The notes under the pieces are model-generated. The model did not search any database and was not told the origin of the DNA. It saw only the letters and a list, made by a program, of their open reading frames with translations. Shown here one piece after another: positions 9,079-18,939 of a DNA stretch of 64,000 bases. Where the stretch lies: assembly GCA_028291545.1 (NCBI GenBank), contig JAQGHR010000040.1, positions 96,589 through 160,588 of the forward strand. The letters are read 5' to 3'. The stretch comes from Planctomycetota bacterium. Lineage in GTDB: Bacteria > Planctomycetota > Planctomycetia > Isosphaerales > Isosphaeraceae. A program made the translations under genes and the position numbers. Position 1 is the stretch's first letter; every line of letters starts with the position of its first letter.

Positions 9079-9468
9079 ATGGACAAGCCGGCGAGACCGA
9101 ATCTTAGCGACGCCGAGCGCGACGTCCTTCGCGCGCTCTGGGATGAGGGACCGGGCACGGTACGACAGATCCGAACGCGCCTGAACGCACGCGGAAGGAC
9201 CTGGGCCTACACCACGGTGCTAACCCTGTTGCAGAGGCTCCTAGCCAAGGACTGCGTGTCGAGCGATACCTCGGGCTCCGCGCATGTGTTTCGGGCGGAG
9301 GCGAGCCGAGACGACCTCTTGCAGGATCGTCTCCAGGTTCTCGCCCGCGAGCTTTGCGACGGCGCCTCGGCCCCTCTGGTCCTCGCGCTGGTCAAGAACC
9401 ACGCATTCTCGCCCGAGGAGATCGCGAAATTTCGCGCCATCCTTGATGGGCACGATGGCTCGAAGTGA
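9079..9468 (+). CDS. BlaI/MecI/CopY family transcriptional repressor (winged helix).
   Basis: LSDAERDVLRALWDEGPGTVRQIRTRL...WAYTTVLTLLQRLLAKDCV. Followed directly by an M56 peptidase gene. Confidence 0.85.
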   Translation: MDKPARPNLSDAERDVLRALWDEGPGTVRQIRTRLNARGRTWAYTTVLTLLQRLLAKDCVSSDTSGSAHVFRAEASRDDLLQDRLQVLARELCDGASAPLVLALVKNHAFSPEEIAKFRAILDGHDGSK

Positions 9469-9531
9469 TTGGCCCCGGCGCCGTCCTGCGTCCTTATCCT
9501 CATCTGTCCGAGACGATCGGAGGCGTGTGCC

Positions 9532-11508
9532 ATGTTCGCCTGGTTCGCCGAGACGACGATCGTGGCCGCCTTTCTCGCGGCCATTGCGGGATTTGCCTCA
9601 CGCTCCGGCAAGCTCGGGCCGGCCGGGAGGCATGCGCTCTGGCTGGTCGTCCTGCTCAAGATGATCTCGCCGCCGATTCTCCACTGGCCGTTCGCGAATT
9701 CGCAGTCCGTGCCACGGATTTCCTCGCACTCGCAGGACCAGATGGCTGCACCGCCGGGGCGTTCATTTTCTCCTCCGGACCGTGCGTCCGCGAGTCCCAG
9801 CAATCCGGACTTTGTCTCGATCGACGATCCATCCAACGGAAACGTCGGGTACGGAAGCGATCTTGAGATCCAGTTTCCCGTACCCCCGTCTTCCGCCGAG
9901 GAGCAAGAACCCTCGGCAACACGGCCGTTCGACGCGGAGGAGAACTCGAACGGCCTGGTCGTACCAGAGAGGCGAGCTCAACCCTCCGCCATCGGAGCGG
10001 TTTCTCTCACGACACGGATCCGAGCCTACTCGACATATGCCCGCGAGATCCTGATCGATCTTCAGCCCCTGGCCTTTCAGGCCTGGCTGCTCGGCTCGGC
10101 GCTGTTCATCGCGATCCATGGTTGGAGAATCGCACGGTTCGCGGACGTCCTGAGAAATGCGGAGCCCGTACCCGAGTGGCTTGGTGACGCGATCACCCAG
10201 GCCGCGGGCCACGTCGGTCTCCGGCCTCCGCCGGCTCGAGTCGTCGATGCGGGCGGATCGCCGTTCCTCTGGTGTGCGGGTCGCGCCACGTTTGTGGTCC
10301 CTTCCGGCCTGCTCGGGCGGCTGGAACCGGCGTGCTGGGACGGCATCCTCGCGCACGAGATGGCGCACCTCAAGCGTTTCGACGCCTGGACGAGCCGGGT
10401 CGCCCTTGTGGCCGGCGTGCTCTGGTGGTGGAACCCCTTGTACTGGCTGGTTCGGAGCCGTCTGGAACATGAGGCGGAACTGGCCTGCGATGCGATGGCG
10501 GTGGGATCGCATCCCGAGGCTCGGCGACGGTTCGCCGAGTCCCTCGTGGCGGTCTGCGAAGCAATTTCGGCCAAGCCCGCCCCGCCCGCGTTGGGCATGG
10601 GCAGCGAGGGCCGATTCCTGGAGAGGAGACTCCTGATGATCCTGAATGGTCACGATTCCGGCCGCCTGCCCGTGCGCGGAACGCTCGCCGTCGCACTACT
10701 GGCGGCGCTCTCCTTGCCGTCCTGGACACTCGCGCAGGACGCTCCCAAGGCCCCCGAGCCGCCGAAGCCCCCCTCCACGCCCGTTGATCCGAAACCGTTT
10801 CCTGACGTCGCTCCTGGAACACCCGGGACGCCTGTTCCCGCAGTGCCGGCCGTCCCGACCCCTCCCGTCCTTCCGCCGACACCGGCACCGCCGCAAACGG
10901 GCGTGGACGTCCGAACGCCAGGCGAACCCCGCCTGACTCCGGCACGTAATCCCGGTGAGGAGAATCGTCCCGCCGAACCCTTGGTGGACAGGCTCAAGAT
11001 GCTCGAAGCCCTTCGGAAGGAGCAGCAGAGACAGGTGGCGGAGACGCAAGCCCAGATCGACCGCGTGATCTCTCAAATCCGAACGAACGAGCATCATTCG
11101 AGAGCCATGGAACTGTTTCTCCAGGACCAGATCGAAGCGCGACGGATCGCCCGCAACCCCGCGGGCCGAGACGTCGATCCCCGCTCGACCCGCGACACGC
11201 CGCCCGGCGCAGACGAGCCGCGACGGACACGAACAGCCCCCGCCGATCCCGTGAGGCCGGAACCCCCGGCCGCGGCCCGGATCCGTTCGCGGTCGCCGGA
11301 ATCGAACGAGATCGAGATGCTGAACCGGCGCATGGACACGATGGAGAAGAAACTCGACATGCTCCTCAAGAAGCTCGAGATCAAGCCCGGCTCCCCTGTC
11401 GGTGCGCCGTTGGCCCCTCCGCCCTTGGACCCGCCACCTGTCGATGTCCGGCCAGGATCGGCTCTCCCCGGCTCCGCGTTCAATCACGCGATCGGAGGCT
11501 CATTCTGA
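9532..11508 (+). CDS. M56 family (BlaR1-like) membrane metalloprotease signal transducer with a Pro-rich linker and a coiled-coil C-terminus. No PBP-like sensor domain.
   Basis: HEXXH (HEMAHLKRFD). N-terminal TM helices. GGAGG lies 8 nt upstream of ATG 9532 (the ORF is open from TTG 9469). The C-terminus is PKAPEPPKPPSTP... followed by heptad-like IEMLNRRMDTMEKKLDMLLKKLE. Confidence 0.85.
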   Translation: MFAWFAETTIVAAFLAAIAGFASRSGKLGPAGRHALWLVVLLKMISPPILHWPFANSQSVPRISSHSQDQMAAPPGRSFSPPDRASASPSNPDFVSIDDPSNGNVGYGSDLEIQFPVPPSSAEEQEPSATRPFDAEENSNGLVVPERRAQPSAIGAVSLTTRIRAYSTYAREILIDLQPLAFQAWLLGSALFIAIHGWRIARFADVLRNAEPVPEWLGDAITQAAGHVGLRPPPARVVDAGGSPFLWCAGRATFVVPSGLLGRLEPACWDGILAHEMAHLKRFDAWTSRVALVAGVLWWWNPLYWLVRSRLEHEAELACDAMAVGSHPEARRRFAESLVAVCEAISAKPAPPALGMGSEGRFLERRLLMILNGHDSGRLPVRGTLAVALLAALSLPSWTLAQDAPKAPEPPKPPSTPVDPKPFPDVAPGTPGTPVPAVPAVPTPPVLPPTPAPPQTGVDVRTPGEPRLTPARNPGEENRPAEPLVDRLKMLEALRKEQQRQVAETQAQIDRVISQIRTNEHHSRAMELFLQDQIEARRIARNPAGRDVDPRSTRDTPPGADEPRRTRTAPADPVRPEPPAAARIRSRSPESNEIEMLNRRMDTMEKKLDMLLKKLEIKPGSPVGAPLAPPPLDPPPVDVRPGSALPGSAFNHAIGGSF

Positions 11509-11796
11509 GCCGTGCTCGCGATGCCTCCTTCGCATGGCGCCATCCCGGGAGCACGGCGAAGGAGGCTCGCAAACCCGGTGGTCCCGCGTTGACAGCCCGG
11601 GGGGTTCCGGGTACAAGACCGCCGCACGTCGCGACCCGAGGGCGACGGGCGATCGCAACGCCGCGTGACACCCCATGAGTCCTCAACTTCACCCGACGAT
11701 CGCTCGCGTGTTCATCGGGTCCCCGCGCGGGCTCGGGCGTACCCATGGATGGGAACGCATTCCGGTCCGTGTGGAATCGACGGGTGAGGGTGGGTC

Positions 11797-12975
11797 ATGG
11801 AAGATTTCCCCGCCGGTCCGGCGAGCCCGGCGCCCCGGAGGCCGCCGCTTTCGATCGTGATTCCCGTGTATAATGGCGGTCCCGATTTCGAGCGCTGCCT
11901 CCGGGGCGTCCGGTCCAATTCCGGAATCGAATACGAGATCGTCGTCGTCGATGACGGCTCGACCGACGGCTCGGCCGCAGTCGCCGAACGCTTCGGCGCA
12001 CGCGTGCTGCGCAACGAAACGGCGCGCGGTCCCGCCGCCGCGAGAAATGCCGGCGCCGAAGCTGCACTCGCGCCGATCGTCTTCTTCCTGGACGCCGACG
12101 TCGAACTCCATCCCGATGCGTTGAAGAAGGCCCTGGCTCGGTTCGAGAGTCACCCTCGCATCGACGCCCTCTTCGGCTCGTACGACGATCAACCGGCCGC
12201 GCCCGGCCTGGTGAGCCGTTATCGCAACCTGTTGCATCACTATGTTCACCAGCAGGGCGAATTCATCGACGAGGCCCGCCCCGCGCATACCTTCTGGACC
12301 GGCTGCGGCGCGATCCGCCGCGATGTGTTCCTGGGTCTCGGCGGCTTCGATCCATCCCTCTATCGCCGCCCCGCCATCGAGGATATCGAACTCGGCTATC
12401 GCCTGAGCCGCTCCGGATATGTGGTCAATCTCGTGCGCGACATCCAGGCGACCCATCTGAAGCGATGGACGCTGAGATCTGTCCTCATGACCGACATTTT
12501 CCATCGCGGATTGCCGTGGATGCTCCTCATGCTCCGGTCCCGCACGGCCGAGTCCGACCTGAACGTCAGCCAATCGCAACGCGCGAGCGTGGCGGCGACG
12601 GGGATGAGCCTGGCCGCGATTCCGCTCGCCATCAAGAGCCCGATCGCCGGACTGGTTCCGCTGGCCGCCCTGGTCTGGATCGCGATCTTGAATCGCGACT
12701 TCTATCGCTTCCTCGCGAGGAAACGTGGTTGGGGTTTCGCCTTCGCGGCCTTCCCGCTACATTACGCCTACTTCTGCTGCTGTGGCGCTTCGGTCGCACT
12801 CGCGCTCGTGGTCAAGAACCTTCCGAGGTTCGGCCAGATGCGTCCGAGAAACACAAGCGTCCGCACCGAGCCGGGCGAAACTGCGGTCCCGGCACCCAAG
12901 ACCTCGACGTCGAATTCGCCGTCGCCTTCCTCGGTCAAGACACGGAACTCCTCGCCATGGAACGGCAACCCGTGA
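11797..12975 (+). CDS. Glycosyltransferase family 2 with C-terminal TM segments.
   Basis: LSIVIPVYNGG, VVVDDGSTDGS, FLDADVEL. Hydrophobic C-terminal third. Confidence 0.85.
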   Translation: MEDFPAGPASPAPRRPPLSIVIPVYNGGPDFERCLRGVRSNSGIEYEIVVVDDGSTDGSAAVAERFGARVLRNETARGPAAARNAGAEAALAPIVFFLDADVELHPDALKKALARFESHPRIDALFGSYDDQPAAPGLVSRYRNLLHHYVHQQGEFIDEARPAHTFWTGCGAIRRDVFLGLGGFDPSLYRRPAIEDIELGYRLSRSGYVVNLVRDIQATHLKRWTLRSVLMTDIFHRGLPWMLLMLRSRTAESDLNVSQSQRASVAATGMSLAAIPLAIKSPIAGLVPLAALVWIAILNRDFYRFLARKRGWGFAFAAFPLHYAYFCCCGASVALALVVKNLPRFGQMRPRNTSVRTEPGETAVPAPKTSTSNSPSPSSVKTRNSSPWNGNP

Positions 12976-14087
12976 AGGTCGCGGTCATCCGATCCGACAA
13001 CCGCCGCGGCGCCACCGCGCAGGCCCTGGCGCTGATCGCAAGCGACCTGAAGACGTGCATGAGCGATCGCGTGCTCATCAAACCCAATCTGGTAAGCCAT
13101 CGCCGCCAGCTCCCCTCGACGCACGCCGACACGCTCTCGGCCGCGATGGACGCCGTCTTCGCCGCCGGGGCGAAGACCGCGATCGTCGCCGAGGGGGCGT
13201 CCGACGCCGCGGCGGGCTTCGCACGATTCGGTTATCACAGCGAATTGCACGGACGACCCGTGACCTTCTTCGACGTCAATCGCGACGAGGCCGAGTGGGT
13301 CCCCCTGCGCCTGTCCTCCATGGACGGTTCGCCCCTGGACGCGCGGGTTTCCAGGACGATCGCAGAGAGCGGCTGCCGGGTCTCTCTCTCGCTGGCCAAG
13401 ACCCACGTCACGTCAATCGTGACCCTCTCGCTGAAAAATATGCTCTCGAGCATCCACCCCAAAGACCGCGTGATGATGCACGGCAGCAAGGGGGGCGGGA
13501 ACGGCTATTCCGGCTGGAAACGGCTGGCGGTCGAGTTCCTCAAGGGCGACTCGGCGCTCGTCAACGTCCTGACCCGAGCGATGGGTCGAGCCCGCAACAC
13601 CAAGAATCATCTCGACGGGAAAAGCGGGGGCGACGCCTGGAAAACGCTCTCGACCAAGGAAATGGGATATCTCCGCTCGGTCGAGGCCATGAATCGAAAT
13701 CTCGTGGCACTCTCGCGTCTGGTCAAGCCACACGTGAGCGTCGTGGACGGGTTCGTCGGCATGCATCGCGAGGGGCCGCGCCACGGCACTCCCATCAATC
13801 TGGGCGTCGTGATCGCCGGCACGGACGCGGTGGCCGTGGATGCCGTGGCAACGGCCGTGATGGGCTTCGATCCGCTCAAGATCGGTTACCTGACTTACGC
13901 CGAGGCGGCGGGGCTGGGGACGGCGAATCTCGACGCGATCGAGATCGTCGGCGACCCGATCGCGAAGGTTCGTCAGCGGTTCGTGCCCCATTCCAATCAT
14001 GCCGTCGCGAGACACTGGGACCGCCTGGCGATCCTCAAAGGACCGCACGCGAGGGTCACGTCCTCTCGCCCAGTGGAGGCGCGATGA
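12957..14087 (+). CDS. DUF362 domain-containing protein.
   Basis: Internal ATG at 12957, in the frame of ORF 12465-14087, overlaps the GT2 stop by 19 nt. MERQPVKVAVIRS...RVLIKPNLV is typical of DUF362. The upstream part of the ORF is Arg-rich, out-of-frame read-through of the GT2 gene. Confidence 0.7.
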   Translation: MERQPVKVAVIRSDNRRGATAQALALIASDLKTCMSDRVLIKPNLVSHRRQLPSTHADTLSAAMDAVFAAGAKTAIVAEGASDAAAGFARFGYHSELHGRPVTFFDVNRDEAEWVPLRLSSMDGSPLDARVSRTIAESGCRVSLSLAKTHVTSIVTLSLKNMLSSIHPKDRVMMHGSKGGGNGYSGWKRLAVEFLKGDSALVNVLTRAMGRARNTKNHLDGKSGGDAWKTLSTKEMGYLRSVEAMNRNLVALSRLVKPHVSVVDGFVGMHREGPRHGTPINLGVVIAGTDAVAVDAVATAVMGFDPLKIGYLTYAEAAGLGTANLDAIEIVGDPIAKVRQRFVPHSNHAVARHWDRLAILKGPHARVTSSRPVEAR

Positions 14088-14989
14088 GGAATCTCCGATC
14101 GCAATCCGTGGCCGTGATTCTCGCGTCCGTCGACGCGTCGCCATCGTTCGAGGCGAGTGTGCGCGGCTTCTTGGCCGAGGTCGGCGATCACGGCGAGATC
14201 GTGGTCGTGGACGCGTCCGGAAAGGATTTGATCTCTCGCTTTGGCGAATTCTCCTCCCGAATCCGCGTGATCGAGACGCGCCCTGGATCGCTCGCGCCGG
14301 AACTCTGGCGCGACGGGCTGAATTCGACTGTCGCCGATCTCGTCGCGTTCTCGACCTGTCAGATGGTGCCGCGTACCGGATGGCTCGCCGCGATGGTCGA
14401 AGGATTGAGCAGAACCGGGGCGGCAGGAGCGGGCGGACCGATCTCGCCCGCCGGGGGGCTCTCGCCGACAGATCGCGCGCTCTACCTCCTGCGGTACGCG
14501 AACTACTTGCCGCCCGTCCCGGAATCTCCGGTCTTCGATCCGCCCGGGGACAACGCGATGTATCGTCGCGAGCGGCTCGTCGGCCTGGAGCACGCCTGGC
14601 GGGATGGATTCTGGGAAGTCGAGGTCCACAAGTGCCTTCGCGGTCGTGGCGAGGAACTGGTCGCGGTTCAGGCCGCGACCGTCGAGTTCATCGGGGGTGT
14701 TTCGCTGGGTCCGGCCGTCACTCATCGCATGGCCCACGCGCGACATTTCGGAGCGGGCCGTTCGCGAGGAGATCGCCTCTCGACACGGCTTGCACGAATG
14801 GCGATGGCACCGGCTGTCCCGCCGTTGCTGCTCGCCCGGATCGTGAGGAACCTACGCTCGCGAGGTGAGCCGATCGGCCCGTGGCTGTCGGCCATTCCGA
14901 GCCTGGGCGTCCTGCTCTCGACCTGGTCTCTGGGCGAGGCCACGGGGGCCGTCTTCGGAGCCGGGCGCCGACCAAGGATAGCCGTGTGA
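14084..14989 (+). CDS. GT-A/GT2-like protein in which I could not find DxD or DDGS motifs.
   Basis: ATGA start/stop overlap at 14084-14087. VAVILASVDAS..IVVVDASGKD..VAFSTCQMV sit where GT2 proteins carry PxxN / DDGS / DxD. There is a TM-like C-terminus. Confidence 0.45.
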   Translation: MRNLRSQSVAVILASVDASPSFEASVRGFLAEVGDHGEIVVVDASGKDLISRFGEFSSRIRVIETRPGSLAPELWRDGLNSTVADLVAFSTCQMVPRTGWLAAMVEGLSRTGAAGAGGPISPAGGLSPTDRALYLLRYANYLPPVPESPVFDPPGDNAMYRRERLVGLEHAWRDGFWEVEVHKCLRGRGEELVAVQAATVEFIGGVSLGPAVTHRMAHARHFGAGRSRGDRLSTRLARMAMAPAVPPLLLARIVRNLRSRGEPIGPWLSAIPSLGVLLSTWSLGEATGAVFGAGRRPRIAV

Positions 14990-15067
14990 CAACGTCGTTT
15001 GCCTATTGATCGGATCAGGACCCGAAGGACTCCCGGCCTCTCGGCCGAACCCACGGAGGAGCCTGGC

Positions 15068-16171
15068 ATGGATGCGAATTGTTCGAATACGGATCGGCTC
15101 GGCGTTCTGGTCGTCGGCGTGGGCTTCCTCGGCCGACAGCGGGCCTCGGCGTCAAGAATTGCCCGGCACACGCACCTCGTCGCAGTGACCGACGCGGACG
15201 CGTCGCTGGCCCGTCGCGTTGCGGAGGAACTCGGTGTGGCGGCCGTCCCAACGGTTGACGAGGGCCTCGGGCTGGACAAAGTCGATGTCGTCGTCGTCGC
15301 CACGCCGCACGCGGACCATGAGGAGGTCGTTCGTCGCGCCCTTGACGCCGGCAAGCATGTGCTCTGCGAGAAGCCGCTGGCCATCGATCCCGACGAATGC
15401 CGCGATCTGGCTCATCGGGCCGATGTGGCGGGCCTCCGTCTCGGTACCGGATTCAACCATCGCTTCTACTCGCCGGTTCGCGAGGCCCTGGCGCTGGTAT
15501 CTTCGTGGATGATAGGCCGCGTGGAGAGCGTGCGCCTGACCATCGGCCATAGTGCGACCCCGGAGTTTCTCGCGGGCTGGCACGCCGACCGCGCCGTTTC
15601 CGGCGGCGGCACTCTGATGGATAACGGCGTCCACGGTTGCGACCTCGCGCGGAGGTTCCTCGGCGAAGTCGTCGCCGCGAAAGGATACACGCGAGACGCA
15701 ATCGGGCTGCCGTTCGGGATCGAGTCCGAGGCCTTCGCCCTGTTCCGCAACCACGAGCGCGGCGTGGCCGAAGTCCGTTCAAGCTGGACCCTGGAAGCCG
15801 GGTATCTCACGATCGAGGTGCGCGGCAGCGCGGGGCACGTGAAGCTCGAGACCGCACCCTGGCGACTCTCGGGGCGACTGGCCGACGGATCGAGCCTCGA
15901 TCGACGATACATTGCGGAGAGGCTTCTCGAAAAAGTTCACCGGCGACGGTTCGGGTGCGAGCGTTCCCTCGTCGACGAGATGGAGGACTTCGCGACTCTC
16001 GATCCGGATCATCCCAGAGCCTCGGCCAGCGGTTGGGACGGCGCAAGGGCCACGGAGATGGCCGACGCCGTCTATCGCGCGGCGGCATCGGGCGAGGAGG
16101 TCGCTCTGACTCCCCCGATCGTTCGATCTCCGTCGCAACAAGCCACCCTGCAAGCCTCCCGTCTCGCATGA
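15068..16171 (+). CDS. Gfo/Idh/MocA family NAD(P)-dependent oxidoreductase.
   Basis: Rossmann N-terminus LGVLVVGVGFLGRQRA. EKPLA motif (CEKPLAIDPDE). Confidence 0.85.
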   Translation: MDANCSNTDRLGVLVVGVGFLGRQRASASRIARHTHLVAVTDADASLARRVAEELGVAAVPTVDEGLGLDKVDVVVVATPHADHEEVVRRALDAGKHVLCEKPLAIDPDECRDLAHRADVAGLRLGTGFNHRFYSPVREALALVSSWMIGRVESVRLTIGHSATPEFLAGWHADRAVSGGGTLMDNGVHGCDLARRFLGEVVAAKGYTRDAIGLPFGIESEAFALFRNHERGVAEVRSSWTLEAGYLTIEVRGSAGHVKLETAPWRLSGRLADGSSLDRRYIAERLLEKVHRRRFGCERSLVDEMEDFATLDPDHPRASASGWDGARATEMADAVYRAAASGEEVALTPPIVRSPSQQATLQASRLA

Positions 16172-16956
16172 CGGGCCTGCCGATCCTGATGTACCATTCG
16201 CTCGACACCTCGGGGAGCGTCATCTCGACGTCTCCCTCGTGGTTCCGGGCGACGATGGCCGCCTTGCACGCCGAGGGGTTCGCCTGCGTCGATCTCAACG
16301 ACTGGATCTCGGCCGGCCGGCCCGCCGTCGAGCGTGGCTTCGCGTTGACCTTTGACGACGGGCTGGCGTCCTTGACGATTGCGGCCGAGACGATGGCCCA
16401 TCATGGCTTCTCGGCGACGGCCTTCCTGGTGGCCGGCCGGATGGGGCGAGACAACGGCTGGGCGGGTGTTCGCCGCGGCATCCCGAGCCTCGCCTTGCTC
16501 GATTGGAGCGATCTCGCGGCTCTCCGTGACGCGGGGATTCGGTTCGGTGCCCACACGATGAGTCATCCTTATCTGGGCGTCTGCGACAAGAACGAGATGG
16601 AACGTGAGATCCTCCATTCCCGGGAATCGATCGAGGACCACACCGGCGTGCCCTGTCCTCTGTTCTCCTATCCTTACGGAGATGCGCCGGCATCGGCGAG
16701 AACGCTCGTGAAGCGACGGTTTTCCGCCGGATTCGGGACGCGATTGGCGTTTGCCCCGGCGAGTGAGGATCACGCTTGCTTATCCCGCGTGGACGCCTAT
16801 TATCTCCGCTCGCCGCGCAATCTGGAGCGGTTCATCTCCGGTCGCTGGAGCGGCTATCTTCGAGCTCGCCGGACGGCCAGGGCGGTGCGTCGGACGATCG
16901 CCGTTGCCCGATCGGCCGCGAGCGGGTATGGTTCGGCTCCAGACGGTCGGAGATGA
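16168..16956 (+). CDS. Polysaccharide deacetylase (CE4 family).
   Basis: ATGA overlap at 16168-16171. ILMYHSL, TFDDGLAS, HTMSHPYL motifs. Confidence 0.85.
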   Translation: MTGLPILMYHSLDTSGSVISTSPSWFRATMAALHAEGFACVDLNDWISAGRPAVERGFALTFDDGLASLTIAAETMAHHGFSATAFLVAGRMGRDNGWAGVRRGIPSLALLDWSDLAALRDAGIRFGAHTMSHPYLGVCDKNEMEREILHSRESIEDHTGVPCPLFSYPYGDAPASARTLVKRRFSAGFGTRLAFAPASEDHACLSRVDAYYLRSPRNLERFISGRWSGYLRARRTARAVRRTIAVARSAASGYGSAPDGRR

Positions 16957-17080
16957 CACACCAGGCGTCGCCTCGGCATGCGTCCGGGAAGGAGCCCCGA
17001 TGAGCCACGACGCGAATGCGCGACGATGCGGCCGCGGGGCAGATCGGATCGCGCGTCCCACCTTCGAGAGGAGGTGCTGA

Positions 17081-18121
17081 GTGATGTCCTCCTCGGTCCA
17101 AGTGGCATCGTCTTCGATAAATCGGACGAATCTCGACGAGCGAGTATGTCCGAAATGCCACTCGTCGCTCGACGTTGTTTCGTCGTCGATCGTCTGTGGA
17201 CATTGCGGACACTCATTCCTGACGATCGCCGGCATCCCAGATTTGAGATTGTTTCCAGACCGCTATCTTTCGATGAACGCGGAGCGAGCCAAGGCGGACC
17301 GACTCGCCGCAATCGCCGGGGACGGCGACCTCTCCAGCCTCTCTTCGGCCTATTACGCGATGACGGAGGATGTCGATGCCCTGCGCCGACGGCGATTCCA
17401 GGCGCACATTCTCGCGGCCGAGGATCGTGGCGAAGCTCTGGCCGATCGGCTCCAACGAGACGAACACGTCCTGGAAGTTGGCTGCGGCACGGGAGGACTA
17501 CTCCTCGCGGCTCGCCGTCGAGGGATTCGGATCCAGGGCGTGGATATCGGCTTGCGTTGGCTCGTCTTCGGCAGGAAACGACTAGCGGAAGGCTCACGAA
17601 CATCGCTCGGGGACGACCAGATACCCGATGACATCCTCACCGCGGCAAACGCCGAAGCGTTGCCCTGGCCGGATTCGAGCTTCGATTGCGTCGTGGCGGA
17701 CAGCGTGCTCGAACACCTGGAGGATCCTCTCGCCTCGCTCGCCGAATGGCGTCGCGTCGTCAGGCCGGGCGGACGACTGTTGCTCTGGTCGCCGAATCGA
17801 TTCTCGCTCCTGTCGGACCCGCACGTTGGTTTATGGGGAGTAGGTTGGCTGCCAAGATCGCTCCAGGCGACCTACGTGCGATCGCGACGCGGATGCCGAT
17901 GGCCAGTCCAGCTCCGATCGGCTCTTGAAGCCGCGCGGATGATTCAAAGCTCGGGATGGACGGTTCATAACGTCCAGGCCGCACCCGTTCCGGGGCCATC
18001 GCGAGGACGCACCCTCCTTCGTCTGTATGATCGGGTCCGGTGCCTTCCCATCCTGGGCGAAACGCTTCGCGAATTCGGGCCGTTGTGGCAGATCGTCGCC
18101 CGGCGGGAGGGGCGATCATGA
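17081..18121 (+). CDS. Class I SAM-dependent methyltransferase with an N-terminal Trm112-like zinc ribbon.
   Basis: CPKCHSSL...CGHCGHSF...IPDL. SAM motif I VLEVGCGTGG. GAGAGGAGG RBS upstream of GTG 17081 / ATG 17084. Confidence 0.85.
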   Translation: MMSSSVQVASSSINRTNLDERVCPKCHSSLDVVSSSIVCGHCGHSFLTIAGIPDLRLFPDRYLSMNAERAKADRLAAIAGDGDLSSLSSAYYAMTEDVDALRRRRFQAHILAAEDRGEALADRLQRDEHVLEVGCGTGGLLLAARRRGIRIQGVDIGLRWLVFGRKRLAEGSRTSLGDDQIPDDILTAANAEALPWPDSSFDCVVADSVLEHLEDPLASLAEWRRVVRPGGRLLLWSPNRFSLLSDPHVGLWGVGWLPRSLQATYVRSRRGCRWPVQLRSALEAARMIQSSGWTVHNVQAAPVPGPSRGRTLLRLYDRVRCLPILGETLREFGPLWQIVARREGRS

Positions 18122-18939
18122 CGAGGCTGGCAATGGCTCCCGCGCTCCACATCGACGATGTCGCCTACTTTGATCGACTCAGGGAAGTCGAGGCCGATCA
18201 TTGGTGGTCCGCCGGGATGTGGCGGATCGCGTCGCACTGGCTCGACCGTTGGCTGAGAGGCCGCAGCGCCCTCGCTGCTCTCGACGTGGGCTGCGGGGCA
18301 GCGGGCACACTCGGTCGGCTCTCGGCACGAGCGGAGATTGCAACCGTCGTGGGGCTCGATCCGAGCCCGTACGCCCTGGCCCACGCGCGGCGAGAGGATG
18401 TCGTCCTGGGTTCCGCCCTCAACTTGCCATTCCCGGACGCGTCGTTCGATGTCACGACCAGCTTCGACGTGCTCCAGCATCTGCCCCCGGGCGGAGATCG
18501 CGTGGCCGCCGCCGAGATGCTCCGCGTCCTGCGGCCGGGGGGCCTTTGCGTGATCCGGGCCAACGGGAGGGGATTATGGCCCGATCCGCAGTCCGAATCG
18601 CGACCCTACCGCCTTGGGGAACTGCGAGAATTGATGCGCAGCGTCGGGTTCCGCGTCCGCGCCGCGACCTATGCCAATTGTCTACCGGCCGTCGCCGTGG
18701 AGGTTGCGGGACGCCTTCGTCGGGAACTGGGGATGACGCCTTCGCACCTGCGGCACCCTTCGGGAGGCGGCTTGCGCATCAGGCCGGCGAGTCCCGTGCG
18801 AAACCGTCTGATGGGGGCGATCAGCGGCGCCGAAGCGATGGCCGTCGGACGGCTGCGAATCGTTCTGCCCGTGGGTCATAGCACGATGCTGATGCTGGAA
18901 AAACGGTCGGTGGCTCCGTCGTCAGGGGGGCACCGATGA
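18118..18939 (+). CDS. Class I SAM-dependent methyltransferase.
   Basis: ATGA overlap at 18118-18121. ALDVGCGAAG motif I. FDVLQHLP. Confidence 0.8.
   Translation: MTRLAMAPALHIDDVAYFDRLREVEADHWWSAGMWRIASHWLDRWLRGRSALAALDVGCGAAGTLGRLSARAEIATVVGLDPSPYALAHARREDVVLGSALNLPFPDASFDVTTSFDVLQHLPPGGDRVAAAEMLRVLRPGGLCVIRANGRGLWPDPQSESRPYRLGELRELMRSVGFRVRAATYANCLPAVAVEVAGRLRRELGMTPSHLRHPSGGGLRIRPASPVRNRLMGAISGAEAMAVGRLRIVLPVGHSTMLMLEKRSVAPSSGGHR

Noticed and set aside
12465-12956. 5' extensions of ORFs 12465-14087, 12725-14989, 15637-16956, 14999-16171, 18040-18939, 20045-21370, 42833-43939, 43777-45153, 45554-46978, 48380-51046 and 53262-55661.
   Set aside because: The upstream parts are out-of-frame read-through of neighbouring genes or of intergenic DNA, and are Arg-rich. 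Internal starts with ATGA/GTGA overlaps, RBS or signal peptides give the family-typical N-termini.
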